IMG/VR virus record: IMGVR_UViG_3300031227_000023
Location: 25,916-89,915 of that record
From: a virus
Length of the DNA stretch: 64,000 nucleotides
Reading direction: 5' to 3' (one strand)
Shown: one piece after another, positions 20,598 to 30,497 of the stretch
Numbering within the stretch: position 1 is the first letter of the stretch
How the letters are laid out: each line of letters begins with the position of its first letter
Program-made: the position numbers and the translations under genes
The notes under the pieces: generated by a model
Told to the model about the DNA's origin: nothing
Database searches by the model: none
The model's input: the letters and a program-made list of their open reading frames with translations, nothing else

Positions 20598-21032
20598 TTA
20601 TTTCTTCGCCGGGTCTGAATCTAAACCATTCAGCTGCCCATGGATGACTCCCGGTGCCACTTCAACTGCATCCATTGTGTCTTCCCCGGCCTGCGGTTGT
20701 CCACTTTCCGCTGCCTGCGCTTCTTCAGCAGCAGCCTTGTGCAAGCTAATCATATTGAACAGCACGCCCCTGAAATTGCTGAACCCTGTGTGAAGCCCGG
20801 TGACAACCGCATGTCTTAACGGGGCAACAGCAGACTGCGGCAACTGGCCACCATGCATCTTCAGGCTGATGTTTTCTGCAATCTCCTTTTCTTGGAATTC
20901 AACCAAAAACGCACACATGGCATCGAACAGCACAACCTGTTCCGTTGTAAGCGTTGGTCCGCCCAACGCAGCCTTCAGCCTGTCCTTCAACGGGGCAGCA
21001 TCAGGTGCCTGCGCCTTCTTTTCTTCCGACAT
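20598..21032 (-). CDS. Hypothetical protein
   Basis: 144-aa ORF with RBS in the late operon. Confidence 0.6.
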   Translation of the reverse strand: MSEEKKAQAPDAAPLKDRLKAALGGPTLTTEQVVLFDAMCAFLVEFQEKEIAENISLKMHGGQLPQSAVAPLRHAVVTGLHTGFSNFRGVLFNMISLHKAAAEEAQAAESGQPQAGEDTMDAVEVAPGVIHGQLNGLDSDPAKK

Positions 21033-21044
21033 GGGTCTTTCCCT

Positions 21045-21512
21045 TCATAAATTTACAAGACGCTTCAGGGCACGCATGCATGCGTCAAACCCTGTGCATT
21101 CACTGTTGGTGTAATTAATCGCAAGCCGCTTCCACAGGCTGCCGCCCGGATCGTCAAAAATAAACCGGTACGCGCCACGATTCGGCTTACACGCAACCAC
21201 CAACTTCACATCGTTCACGATCATCCATGCAGCCAATCCCAAGTCACTGGCAATCACCTGCCCACGTTCAGCATCACGGTACTGTGGATTTGACTGCGCA
21301 ATTTCACGCAGGGTGCGCACTTCCCTATCGTACCGGAACAGATCGCGTGAAGCATATGCACCAATATCAGATTCCCACTTCCGTTGCTCGCTTGGCAGGA
21401 ATGTGAAAGTATACCTGTAACGGTCATCCATCACGGCATCCTTCAGCATCCAACCAAGCTGCAACAAGAAGGAAGCAACCCCAAGATTCGTGGTTTGTAA
21501 TTGATCAGCCAT
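21045..21512 (-). CDS. Tandem DUF5659-like domain protein (paralog of 19035..19535)
   Basis: TTNLGVASFLLQLG..YTFTF and SDLGLAAWMIVND..YRFIF. Confidence 0.6.
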   Translation of the reverse strand: MADQLQTTNLGVASFLLQLGWMLKDAVMDDRYRYTFTFLPSEQRKWESDIGAYASRDLFRYDREVRTLREIAQSNPQYRDAERGQVIASDLGLAAWMIVNDVKLVVACKPNRGAYRFIFDDPGGSLWKRLAINYTNSECTGFDACMRALKRLVNL

Positions 21513-21519
21513 TGGGTTC

Positions 21520-22275
21520 CTATCCCTTCGTGGTGGACGCCTTGCGTTTGGCCGGTGCTTTTCGTTTGGCCTTGGCCGGGGCCCTTTTCTTTGCCACAGG
21601 CTTCACGACCGGGGGGGAAGCAGGGGCAGGGGCAACCGCTTCAGCCAACGTGCCCGCATCTTGCGTGGCACCGTGATCAACCAATTCCCCTTTCTCGTTC
21701 ACTTCAACCATCTTCGGTGTGGAAGCACGGGATGCCCGCGCCCCAAGGTCTGTGTTTTCATTCAACGTCACTTCATCCAACCCCGCATCCCAATCCTTAC
21801 TGCCGTCCACTTCACCCTTCACCACCTCGCTTGTGCGGGTTGGAACATCCGGGTGGACTTGTTCCGGTTCCGGCAACGCCTGCACAACACCGGGAAGGTC
21901 CGCACCCGGCCCAACCAAGTCACGTGTCCGGCCAACAGGGCTGGCCTTGATTACCACCGGGGCAGCAGCGGGTTCATCCTGGAAATCAACAGCACTTTCA
22001 GGATTACCCTGCGGAATAAACCCGGCCTGCTGCATCTGCTTCCTGCGCCGTTCCTTGATTTGTTCCTGCAATTCTGCCGGGGTGATGGACTCGAAAACCG
22101 GCAGACTGTCAGGGTCAGCGGGGTTGGTCAGTGCCGTTTTCAGGTAAGGAACAACCCCCGCATCAACCGTGTACCACCCCTTGTCTTTGTGAAAAATCGT
22201 TGACCCAATCGTGTACGTTTTACACTTGGCCTGCACCCTGATCCGCACCAACAGTTTGTCTTGTCCCATCGTCAT
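21520..22275 (-). CDS. Hypothetical virion protein with Lys/Ala/Pro-rich tail
   Basis: 251 aa; N-terminal domain shared with 22329..22724. Confidence 0.65.
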   Translation of the reverse strand: MTMGQDKLLVRIRVQAKCKTYTIGSTIFHKDKGWYTVDAGVVPYLKTALTNPADPDSLPVFESITPAELQEQIKERRRKQMQQAGFIPQGNPESAVDFQDEPAAAPVVIKASPVGRTRDLVGPGADLPGVVQALPEPEQVHPDVPTRTSEVVKGEVDGSKDWDAGLDEVTLNENTDLGARASRASTPKMVEVNEKGELVDHGATQDAGTLAEAVAPAPASPPVVKPVAKKRAPAKAKRKAPAKRKASTTKG

Positions 22276-22328
22276 TGCTCCTTCTTATTTCACAATGCCA
22301 CGTTCACAACGAACGCAGCCAACCATCT

Positions 22329-22724
22329 TCAATTAACATCATTCCGAACCCCCGGAACAACAACAGGCACGCCACCACGCCCACCCATTGCAGTCAGCCC
22401 GCCAATACTATAAACAGGCTTTGCTGTGGCCACCCACGCAGCCATTTTCCTGCCACCCGTGCCAGTTGCACGCGGCAAGTCTTGCTTCGCTTTGCCATCT
22501 TCCACAACACCGGCACGTTCAGGTTCAACGGCAACGGCTATTTTCTCTTGCGATCTGACTTCAAACACCGCACCGCTGTCAGGATTTGAAGGATTCACCA
22601 ACACTCCACGGAACACTTCAGCCGCACTATCTTCCACCACGAACCATCCCGCACCCTTGTGGTAAACCCTGCCACCCATCGTGTATGTTTTACATTTCAT
22701 GTCCGGCTTGATTCGTACCTGCAT
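22329..22724 (-). CDS. Hypothetical protein, paralog of the 21520..22275 N-terminal domain
   Basis: VRI..KCKTYT.G...HK..GW..V.....NP..PDS..VFE shared; likely start MQVRIK at 22724. Confidence 0.65.
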   Translation of the reverse strand: MQVRIKPDMKCKTYTMGGRVYHKGAGWFVVEDSAAEVFRGVLVNPSNPDSGAVFEVRSQEKIAVAVEPERAGVVEDGKAKQDLPRATGTGGRKMAAWVATAKPVYSIGGLTAMGGRGGVPVVVPGVRNDVN

Positions 22725-22737
22725 GGATCTGCCTGCT

Positions 22738-23682
22738 TTATTTTCGATCAGCAACAACAAACAATTCAACGCCATCACTGCCAAGGTGCAGCACTTCTTT
22801 CTGTGTCACATTCTTCAATACTTCTTCCAACAAATCCTTCCCAATAGCACCACCGACAAACAAAAATTTTGTTTCCTGAATCATGCAATTCAACCGGTTC
22901 CTTGCCAGTTCAATTTCACCACTGCCAAGCACCCGATCCAAAACGCCAACACAGACAGCAACTACAGCCCTGCGCGGGATTCCATTATCTTCAAACACAT
23001 CACCATGCCTGTATGATACAAGCGAATCAAAGACCCAATTTAAATGCTCTGCCACAGCCCGCTTCTGCGGATCTTTTTCAATTCCAATCACACTAAAGCC
23101 AATCTCTTGCAGCATCCTGCTTTTCCCACCAGTGCTCGACCCAACGTCATACGCACGCCCCGCACGCAAATTGTTTTCGTTGCAGAAACGATGAACATGT
23201 TGAAACCACCCGGACGAATTCACAACATCCCAATCGCCAAAGGCAGGATGATCAATCTGTTCCCGCAGTACATGCCCGTTCTGAAATTGCACCAACCTGT
23301 CTTCCAAATCAACCCACATCTGATTCACTTGCTTGACTTCAACCGGAACAGGAAGCCCGCAAACAATGAACCGGCCACTTCTATGATGCCCGTCGAGCAT
23401 TTCATATTGCCCATTCCCGTGCAAAATAGCTGGTGCAGCAAATTCCGAATCTATCTCTTCGCCTTGAAGCGCACGCAAGGCTTCAATTCTTCCCACCGCT
23501 TCATCTTCTGTCATCCCGTATGCACCACGTATCGCCTTGAAATACGTTGTTGATCGGTAATCACCACCACTTTCCAATGCCCGGTAAACATCACACACGG
23601 CAAGATTTGCAGCATTCCCCCGCCTTGCTCCGTCAATGCTTAACCACCGTACGGGAACTTGATGAATGATGCGCTCTGTCAT
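22738..23682 (-). CDS. ParB/Srx-like + class I SAM methyltransferase fusion
   Basis: YEMLDGHHR ParB/Srx motif; AYDVGSSTG..FSVIGIEKD SAM-binding motifs. Confidence 0.75.
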   Translation of the reverse strand: MTERIIHQVPVRWLSIDGARRGNAANLAVCDVYRALESGGDYRSTTYFKAIRGAYGMTEDEAVGRIEALRALQGEEIDSEFAAPAILHGNGQYEMLDGHHRSGRFIVCGLPVPVEVKQVNQMWVDLEDRLVQFQNGHVLREQIDHPAFGDWDVVNSSGWFQHVHRFCNENNLRAGRAYDVGSSTGGKSRMLQEIGFSVIGIEKDPQKRAVAEHLNWVFDSLVSYRHGDVFEDNGIPRRAVVAVCVGVLDRVLGSGEIELARNRLNCMIQETKFLFVGGAIGKDLLEEVLKNVTQKEVLHLGSDGVELFVVADRK

Positions 23683-24749
23683 TTCTTTAATATTCCAGGC
23701 TTGGCCAACGCAAAAACATCACGCTTTTCCGTCTGCCCGATGTGAACAACTTCCCTGTTGGTCACTTCACCAAGCCACTTCATGTATGGTTCTGTCTCAA
23801 AGGAAACAATCGACTTGTTCAAGGAAACGTCACCAACAGCACCACCATCAGTGATGAATACCCGTGTTTCCTGCACCATGCGCTTCAGCCGGTCAATCAC
23901 AAGCTGATGATACCCTTGGCCAAGAAACCGGTGCAGCACACTGACACACACAGTCAACGCTGCCCCACCCCCGTGTGGTGGCACGCCTGTTTCATTGGTC
24001 AAGTCGCCACTCCGGTACGATACAAGCGAATCAAAAATCCAATTGCAATACGATGCCACAGCACGCGCATTGTCATCAATTTCCACGCCGATCACGCTGA
24101 AACCAAGCCCGCGCAACATCCTGCTGATGTGCCCCGTGCAAGATCCAAGATCCCACGCCGTGCCCGCGCTGCCTTCATTCACACTAAACATCTCTTGATA
24201 AACAAGCCAATCCTTGATCAATTCCGTGCGCCTGCCTGACCTGTCAATTTCCCAATCCCTGAATTCAGGATGTTCAATCGGCTGATACAGCAACCGCCTT
24301 CCACTATAAATTCTTTCCAACCGATCCTTGAACGCAAGCCACATCGGGTCAACCTGATTCAAATCAACGGGAATTTCAGTGTGCCCATCAACGATCATCT
24401 TGCAAACCCGGTGATGGGCATCACGAAGTTCATAGACACCATTGGCGTGCAGGATCACAGGCGCAGCAAAGTCTTCCCATATTTCAGATTCAAACAAACC
24501 CCGCAGCTTGTTGATCCGCGCCCGTGCCTGTTCAGGCGACATGCCCAACCCATCAGTGATCACTTTGAAATATTCCGAACCTTCCCCGGATTCGCCACGC
24601 TTCATTGCCCGGAACAAACCACAAGCCGCCAACTCTGTTGGCACCGTCCCCAAGGCACCTTCAACACGCAGCCACGGAACGGGAACAAGATATTTTTCGC
24701 CCATATCAATCACCATGTTTTTCCTGTGAAGTGCCGAACCAATGCCCAC
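23679..24749 (-). CDS. ParB/Srx-like + class I SAM methyltransferase fusion (paralog)
   Basis: YELRDAHHR; LYQPIEHP; AWDLGSCTG..FSVIGVEID; SVLHRF. Confidence 0.75.
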   Translation of the reverse strand: MGIGSALHRKNMVIDMGEKYLVPVPWLRVEGALGTVPTELAACGLFRAMKRGESGEGSEYFKVITDGLGMSPEQARARINKLRGLFESEIWEDFAAPVILHANGVYELRDAHHRVCKMIVDGHTEIPVDLNQVDPMWLAFKDRLERIYSGRRLLYQPIEHPEFRDWEIDRSGRRTELIKDWLVYQEMFSVNEGSAGTAWDLGSCTGHISRMLRGLGFSVIGVEIDDNARAVASYCNWIFDSLVSYRSGDLTNETGVPPHGGGAALTVCVSVLHRFLGQGYHQLVIDRLKRMVQETRVFITDGGAVGDVSLNKSIVSFETEPYMKWLGEVTNREVVHIGQTEKRDVFALAKPGILKK

Positions 24750-27700
24750 CCTGGAAGATTATCGTATTCACTAAACCGTTTTTCTTGATCAACAACATCA
24801 GCAGCCATGCCAGCAATCGCACCACTCAGGGCATACCAATCATACACATCCCCTGTACGCCTGAACCGTTCCAATATCTTCCCAACTGCCCCATGCACCC
24901 ACGTCATTGATTCAGGCCGGAAACGGGCTTTCTGCGCCAAGCTGAAATAACGCTCATAAATTCCAAGCAACGTCCACTTCGGGCTGTGCTGCCCAAGTAT
25001 CCCACAATGGATCGGGTCAACATGGTGCAGAACGTTTGCAACAGCGACCCTTCCCCCATCCTCTTGCAACTTTTTCATTTGCCCAACGTCGCAAGACAGG
25101 CCATCTGTGAACGTGTATTTTCTGATCAAGTCTGCATCATACGCCTTCACCCCAAAAATTGCCCGCCCAAGATGCACATCCCACAACCCCGCGCACGCAA
25201 TGGCAACATCATCTGTTTCGTTGATCATCCGGAACAGCGTGGCAATGGCGTTGGGATACAACACCATGTCATCATCAACTTGCACAAAATACTTTGTTTT
25301 GCACCGATCAATCATCTGCTGAAAGGCAGCACTCATTGGTTCAATATTCTTGATTTCCCTGACAGCGAACCGCGCCGTTTGCCCATGCAAAGCTTCCACC
25401 ACATCGCTGTAATTAATCCCTCCCGTTGTCACAACGAACACTGTAAGCATTTCAGTCAAGTCATACGACCGGGCAAAATCAGGAATCAAACAGTGCTTCC
25501 GAACAGCCTTGAACGAGACCGGGGCAGGGGCAGGCGTGGAAGGAACAGGCACCATCGCACCTTCACCACTTTTCGCTTTTCCTTTTTCCGTTTCCACAAC
25601 CCGGCACAATTCACGCAACGACTCTGCCCTAATTGACCAATCCCACGCACGGACCATTTCCGCACGGTTCGCACGACCCATTGCAGGAAGCAAGTGCCGG
25701 TTGTCACGCAACCGAACCAACTCCTTCTGCACCGCTTCAACCGTCCTATCCACAATGATTGCACCGCTGGAAAAAACTTCCGGGGCAATGCCGGTGCGCG
25801 TGCTTATCCACGCCCGCCCGCAGGCTGCCGCTTCAAGCAACATATTGGGGGTGCCTTCAATCCATTCCTGCGAACAGCACAGCACCACATCAACGCCTGC
25901 GTAAAACTCAGGCATTTCTTCAATCGGACGCCACCTGTCTTTCCTGTCTGCCATCACAAGTTCAACACCATCAACGCCATCAATTGCAGCATGCAACAAT
26001 GGCATGCCCTTCACATCAGCCCAACGCCAATCAGTATTTGTGGACCCTGCCCACCCCACACGCAGCGGCGTGTCATTCAAATCGGTGCGGTATTCACTGA
26101 ACCGGAACAGGCCGGTATCAACCCCATCTTGACAGAATCCAAACTGATGTTCACCAACCGCATACCCAATTTCAGAACTGACAATCCGAAACAGATTGAA
26201 GTTGGCAAACATATGATAAGGGGTGAACTTCAAGCCTGCCACCAACTGTTCGCGTTCCCACGTTCCCACACCCCACGTGGCTGCATCATAGTGCGCAATG
26301 ATCACAGCGGTGTGTGGACCCAACTTGTCTTTGATGTCTGCAAGTGCTGCATACCACATCAGAACAACAATATCATAATCAAGCACCGCAACATCGGGCA
26401 ATTCAAGCAGTGACAGCCTGTCAACAATAAATTCATCAGACAGGAACCGGGCTTGCTGTTGTGCTATTCTGGAAAATGCCCAATTAGGACGGTCATACAC
26501 GATCAGCACACGCTTTTTCCCGCCACCTGAACAACCACCCGTGGAAGCACAAGCAACAGGGGATTCAACTTCCCCTGCACAATCACATTCATTTCCAACC
26601 ACGCCACCCCCGTCAACTGCCCCGATCTGCACCGCAGGCTTGCCGCTGTGGCCGTCACTGCCATCAGCAGGAACATCTGGCAGCACATCTTCACACTTGG
26701 CCTTCACGGGCAAAATACGAAGGTTCAAATTCCTCTTGGCCAGTGCTGTTCCAAACTTTCCAACCTTCAACCACGCTTCGCCACGTCCGATCTGTTCCAC
26801 TTCATCCATCAGCCGGAACCATTCACCAAACCCACCCTTGTACGTTTTCACTGCGAACGGATACCCCGCCAACCCATGCATGGAAGGCACGTGGAATTTT
26901 CCAGCCCGTGCTTTGCACCCCAACGTCACCACGGGGCAACCCAACCGGATCACATCCAACACCGTGCTGCCCCATGACTCTTCCACCAACGGGTTCACAA
27001 ACCCCGTGGCCTGTGACAGCACGTTGCCGATATTTTCCACATCAGCAGCAGCGTGGAACCGGAACTGCGCAGTGCCCGCCCCACGGAACAGTTCAGGCTG
27101 CCCACCGGAACCGTACACCCACAGCAATGAATCCGGGTGCTTAGGCGCATAGTGCTTCTTCCAGCTATTCACGAACCGGACCACCTGCGAATTGATCACC
27201 CCCGCGTACACCCACAAGTGCTTACCACTCCGGACCAATTGCCGGGCTTCAACATCAGCCTGCCCAACAGCCAACCTGCGAACAGGAAGCACGCACGGCT
27301 TCACATCCATCCATGGGTAACGCTTTTCCAATTGGCCAGCATATGGGGTGAACGGGGTGAATACCCTTGCGCCTTCCAGCGCACTGCGCACATCGTTCCG
27401 TTCAAACCAACCATCAGGCATCAGCGGAATGATCACGGTGTGATCAGGCCACGGCACCAACTCGTCATTGACAGCGGGAAACACGGTCAAGTTCCCATCG
27501 AACCCACCCCACACAGTATCAGCATCAGACGCCACACCCGGCCTGCACCAACGCTTGGCACCGTGCCGCACCGGCAACACGTCCTGCGCCAACAGATCAT
27601 CAGCAACGGCTTCCACCACTTCCACATGATCAGGGTTTGGATACACGCCACGATCCGCAGCGAACCTTCCCGTGACAACAAACTTGCGCCGCTCCGCATC

Positions 27701-28609
27701 ACCGAACAGATCACGGTAATGCAGCACTCTTTCTTCCCATCGAAACGATTCAACACTCGACCGGGCAACATGCGCCAAAGTTTCAAGTTTCACCCGATCT
27801 GTCACCAAAGAAGAAATGGCGTCTGCAATCGAGCCAACAGACCGGCCAACAAAGATCCCGTTATAATTCGGCACAATCACTTCAGGCATAATCCCCACCT
27901 GCGTGGTAATCACAGGCTTGCCGGATGCAAGTGATTCCAACGGTGGGTTGGGGGTGCCTTCCCCTTCAGCACTTGCGCACACATAACAATTAATTTTCTT
28001 GTAAAATGTTTCACACATCTGATCATGCGGAATGATCACCCCGCTGTGGCTGTCTGCCACCACCAACTTCACGCCCGTCTTCTTCACCGCCTGCCGGATC
28101 AGATCAAAGCCCTTAATATTTCCACCGGCCTGACTGTTGCCCGCCCACCCCACAGTGAAATCCTGCGGCAGCGGTGTCTGATGGAACTTGTCAAAATCAA
28201 CCCCATCCATGGTGGTCACAATGCGCAGCCGCATCCTGTCTTCATGATCCAACCCATCCCACAGCCGCTTCCTGATCCTGTCATTGGCCACGGCAAACCC
28301 ATCAGCACGCTTCACGATCAAGTTCCAAAACACAGGATTGTCAGGCCAACTGAACCCATCGTACAGGCCAATGTAAACCTTGTCCGCAATCAGCCCGCGC
28401 TGATCCAACCACGGGAAGCAAGCCCACCACAGGCAAAACACAGCGTCAAAACGCTTCTGTTCCAATTGCGGAAACTCCCCAAACGGAATGGCGGTGAATT
28501 TGTAAAGGTTGGCCAGATGGAACATGATCTGCTGCGCTATTCGATCAAACGCCCAATCACGTTGTTCCATCGTGATCAGCATAGTTGGCTTTTCGGTCAT
28601 TGAAGCCAC
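24710..28609 (-). CDS. Multi-module glycosyltransferase (three GT4/GT-B modules + C-terminal GT2/GT-A module)
   Basis: EGTPNPPLESLASGKPVITTQVG; ESWGSTVLDVIRLGCPVV; EGTPNMLLEAAACGRAWISTRTG; C-terminal TKYFVQVDDDMVL (DxD). Confidence 0.88.
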   Translation of the reverse strand: MASMTEKPTMLITMEQRDWAFDRIAQQIMFHLANLYKFTAIPFGEFPQLEQKRFDAVFCLWWACFPWLDQRGLIADKVYIGLYDGFSWPDNPVFWNLIVKRADGFAVANDRIRKRLWDGLDHEDRMRLRIVTTMDGVDFDKFHQTPLPQDFTVGWAGNSQAGGNIKGFDLIRQAVKKTGVKLVVADSHSGVIIPHDQMCETFYKKINCYVCASAEGEGTPNPPLESLASGKPVITTQVGIMPEVIVPNYNGIFVGRSVGSIADAISSLVTDRVKLETLAHVARSSVESFRWEERVLHYRDLFGDAERRKFVVTGRFAADRGVYPNPDHVEVVEAVADDLLAQDVLPVRHGAKRWCRPGVASDADTVWGGFDGNLTVFPAVNDELVPWPDHTVIIPLMPDGWFERNDVRSALEGARVFTPFTPYAGQLEKRYPWMDVKPCVLPVRRLAVGQADVEARQLVRSGKHLWVYAGVINSQVVRFVNSWKKHYAPKHPDSLLWVYGSGGQPELFRGAGTAQFRFHAAADVENIGNVLSQATGFVNPLVEESWGSTVLDVIRLGCPVVTLGCKARAGKFHVPSMHGLAGYPFAVKTYKGGFGEWFRLMDEVEQIGRGEAWLKVGKFGTALAKRNLNLRILPVKAKCEDVLPDVPADGSDGHSGKPAVQIGAVDGGGVVGNECDCAGEVESPVACASTGGCSGGGKKRVLIVYDRPNWAFSRIAQQQARFLSDEFIVDRLSLLELPDVAVLDYDIVVLMWYAALADIKDKLGPHTAVIIAHYDAATWGVGTWEREQLVAGLKFTPYHMFANFNLFRIVSSEIGYAVGEHQFGFCQDGVDTGLFRFSEYRTDLNDTPLRVGWAGSTNTDWRWADVKGMPLLHAAIDGVDGVELVMADRKDRWRPIEEMPEFYAGVDVVLCCSQEWIEGTPNMLLEAAACGRAWISTRTGIAPEVFSSGAIIVDRTVEAVQKELVRLRDNRHLLPAMGRANRAEMVRAWDWSIRAESLRELCRVVETEKGKAKSGEGAMVPVPSTPAPAPVSFKAVRKHCLIPDFARSYDLTEMLTVFVVTTGGINYSDVVEALHGQTARFAVREIKNIEPMSAAFQQMIDRCKTKYFVQVDDDMVLYPNAIATLFRMINETDDVAIACAGLWDVHLGRAIFGVKAYDADLIRKYTFTDGLSCDVGQMKKLQEDGGRVAVANVLHHVDPIHCGILGQHSPKWTLLGIYERYFSLAQKARFRPESMTWVHGAVGKILERFRRTGDVYDWYALSGAIAGMAADVVDQEKRFSEYDNLPGWALVRHFTGKTW

Positions 28610-28645
28610 TCCTGTTATTCTGTCTTATTTCGCCAACTGCGTATC

Positions 28646-28693
28646 AAGAAAAGGGTGCCCGCCTGTATTACCAACAACAAGCAGGCACGCCTT
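28646..28693 (-). terminator. Probable intrinsic terminator after the capsid/decoration genes
   Basis: Minus strand gtgcctgcttgt...acaggcgggcac 12-bp stem (with GU pairs) followed by ccttttctt. Confidence 0.6.
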
Positions 28694-28714
28694 GTGCCGC
28701 ATTAAAACGCGGGC

Positions 28715-29038
28715 TTAAAGCTGCGCCCGAACGATGAACTTCAACCCGGTGGTTGCCGTCACCTTCACGTTCGTGGCGTCGTGTGTTCCTTCGGTGATGA
28801 TGAACCCGGCACCGGCAATGTAACCGGCACTGGTATCCACAGGGATCACCAACACTTCATCTGGAACCGCGCCCAACCCATGGGGGATGCTCTGTTCCGA
28901 ACCATCCGCAGTTTGCTCCGCACTCTTGAAACTGTTCCCACGCGCAACAAGCGATTGAAGCAGCGAGTACAGATCGGGTGCGTGCTGTTTTGCCGCGCCG
29001 CTTCCGGGGAAATCAGCAGGCATTGAAATATTGGCCAT
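28715..29038 (-). CDS. Putative head decoration/fibre protein
   Basis: IPHGLGAVPDEVLV short beta-domain motif; downstream of the capsid gene. Confidence 0.5.
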   Translation of the reverse strand: MANISMPADFPGSGAAKQHAPDLYSLLQSLVARGNSFKSAEQTADGSEQSIPHGLGAVPDEVLVIPVDTSAGYIAGAGFIITEGTHDATNVKVTATTGLKFIVRAQL

Positions 29039-29107
29039 GTTCCTTGCTCCTTATTCAGCAGCCCGCAAGCCATGCAGGATGCAATTCAAACAGAACCGGC
29101 CCGGTGC

Positions 29108-29434
29108 CTAGTAAATCACCAACGCCTTCAAGATCACACCGGTCAGATCCACGCCGTTGCCCACTTCCACACCGGTGGAATACAGGTACACCTTAACCTT
29201 GGCGTTGGCTGCGTCATAAACGCCATAATGCGCCCCGGTATACGGGAACAGCACAAGCTGCGCTTCGCCGGTGATCAGTGCCGCAATGACTGCCGGTGGC
29301 AGGGTGTCTGAGAAATCAGCAGCTTCACCGCCGGTGGGGTAACTGGCATCCATGGTGATGCCGAACGTGTCCAGGAATGTGGGTGCAGACGCCTGCCCGC
29401 CAAACTTCTTTGCTCGCGTGATGGTAGCAGCCAT
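29108..29434 (-). CDS. Putative capsid decoration protein
   Basis: DASYPTGGE..YD....KVKVY..EVGNGVDL; immediately after the capsid gene. Confidence 0.55.
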   Translation of the reverse strand: MAATITRAKKFGGQASAPTFLDTFGITMDASYPTGGEAADFSDTLPPAVIAALITGEAQLVLFPYTGAHYGVYDAANAKVKVYLYSTGVEVGNGVDLTGVILKALVIY

Positions 29435-29522
29435 TTTGCTTGCTCCTTCTATTCAGAATTAAGGGGCACCACAAGGGCACCCCACGGTTTGTTCACTTCA
29501 GCACGTTGTTCGCTTCAGCCGA

Positions 29523-30455
29523 TCAGGTAGCGATGGCAGACGTGTTCACAACGGCATCTTCTTCCTGGTAATTCGCGCCGACCCGGAACGTGGCCACGAT
29601 AATCACCACACCCGCGCTGATATCCTTGTCGGTTTCCAGCATGATGTTTCGCCAAATACCACCGATGAAATTCTTGGGGTTCATCAACAGGCAGGAAGTT
29701 TGGTTGGTCCCAATCCCCTGATCTTCAGGCATCATGTCAAAGGCACGGACGGGAATGCCGTGGAATCCAGGCTCACGGGTTCCGGTCAGGAACGCATCAC
29801 CCAACGCGGTGCCGCGATTGGAAAGCTGATCGATGTAATCATGCTGCGCGTTGTGCGAAGTCATGTACACCATCTTGGCCTTGTCGCGCCGGTACTTGTT
29901 GGGCATGGATTTCTTGATACTGGAAAGCAGCGTGGTTTCCAGGGCTGCACCCGCGGCATTCACCGCGTGACTTGTGGCAGCAGCCAACCCGCCGTTGAAC
30001 ATGGCAAGGTAGGGATCGGCAGATGTGGTGATGCCCTGGATGAACAGTTCATCCAAGTCAACGCCAACCCGTTCACGCAAGGCTGCCATGATGGTGTTCT
30101 CCATCTGCTTGCCTTCAATGTTGTCTTCCAACACATCGTAGGGCAGCCGGATTTCCGCCTTGGCTTCATGCGTGGTGATGGTGACGGTTTCAGTGGTGGC
30201 CTTGCTGCGTTGCGATTCCGGCAAAGCCTGTCCGGACGTGGCCGCATGCATCACCCGGCTGCCAAACCCGATCTTTTCGAGCTTCGCCGTGTGACTCTTC
30301 AGTCCGCGCATAAAGACAGCGGGCATGAAGTTGGCCTGTTCGATCATTTTCCTCAGAAACTTTTTGGCCTTCTCATCCAACAGATAACCACCGTCATTGA
30401 TCAGATCAGTGACGGTCATGTCTGCTTTCGCCAACACATCTTTGTTGCTCCGCAT
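29523..30455 (-). CDS. Major capsid protein (HK97 fold; P2/XkdG-like)
   Basis: GGYLLDEKAKKF, YDVLEDNIEG, DLDELFIQG, KSMPNKY, LMNPKNFIGG, YQEEDAVV. Confidence 0.92.
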   Translation of the reverse strand: MRSNKDVLAKADMTVTDLINDGGYLLDEKAKKFLRKMIEQANFMPAVFMRGLKSHTAKLEKIGFGSRVMHAATSGQALPESQRSKATTETVTITTHEAKAEIRLPYDVLEDNIEGKQMENTIMAALRERVGVDLDELFIQGITTSADPYLAMFNGGLAAATSHAVNAAGAALETTLLSSIKKSMPNKYRRDKAKMVYMTSHNAQHDYIDQLSNRGTALGDAFLTGTREPGFHGIPVRAFDMMPEDQGIGTNQTSCLLMNPKNFIGGIWRNIMLETDKDISAGVVIIVATFRVGANYQEEDAVVNTSAIAT

Positions 30456-30497
30456 GACTTTCCTCCAACTGTGAAAGGTGGGCTTCTCTGCCCGGTG

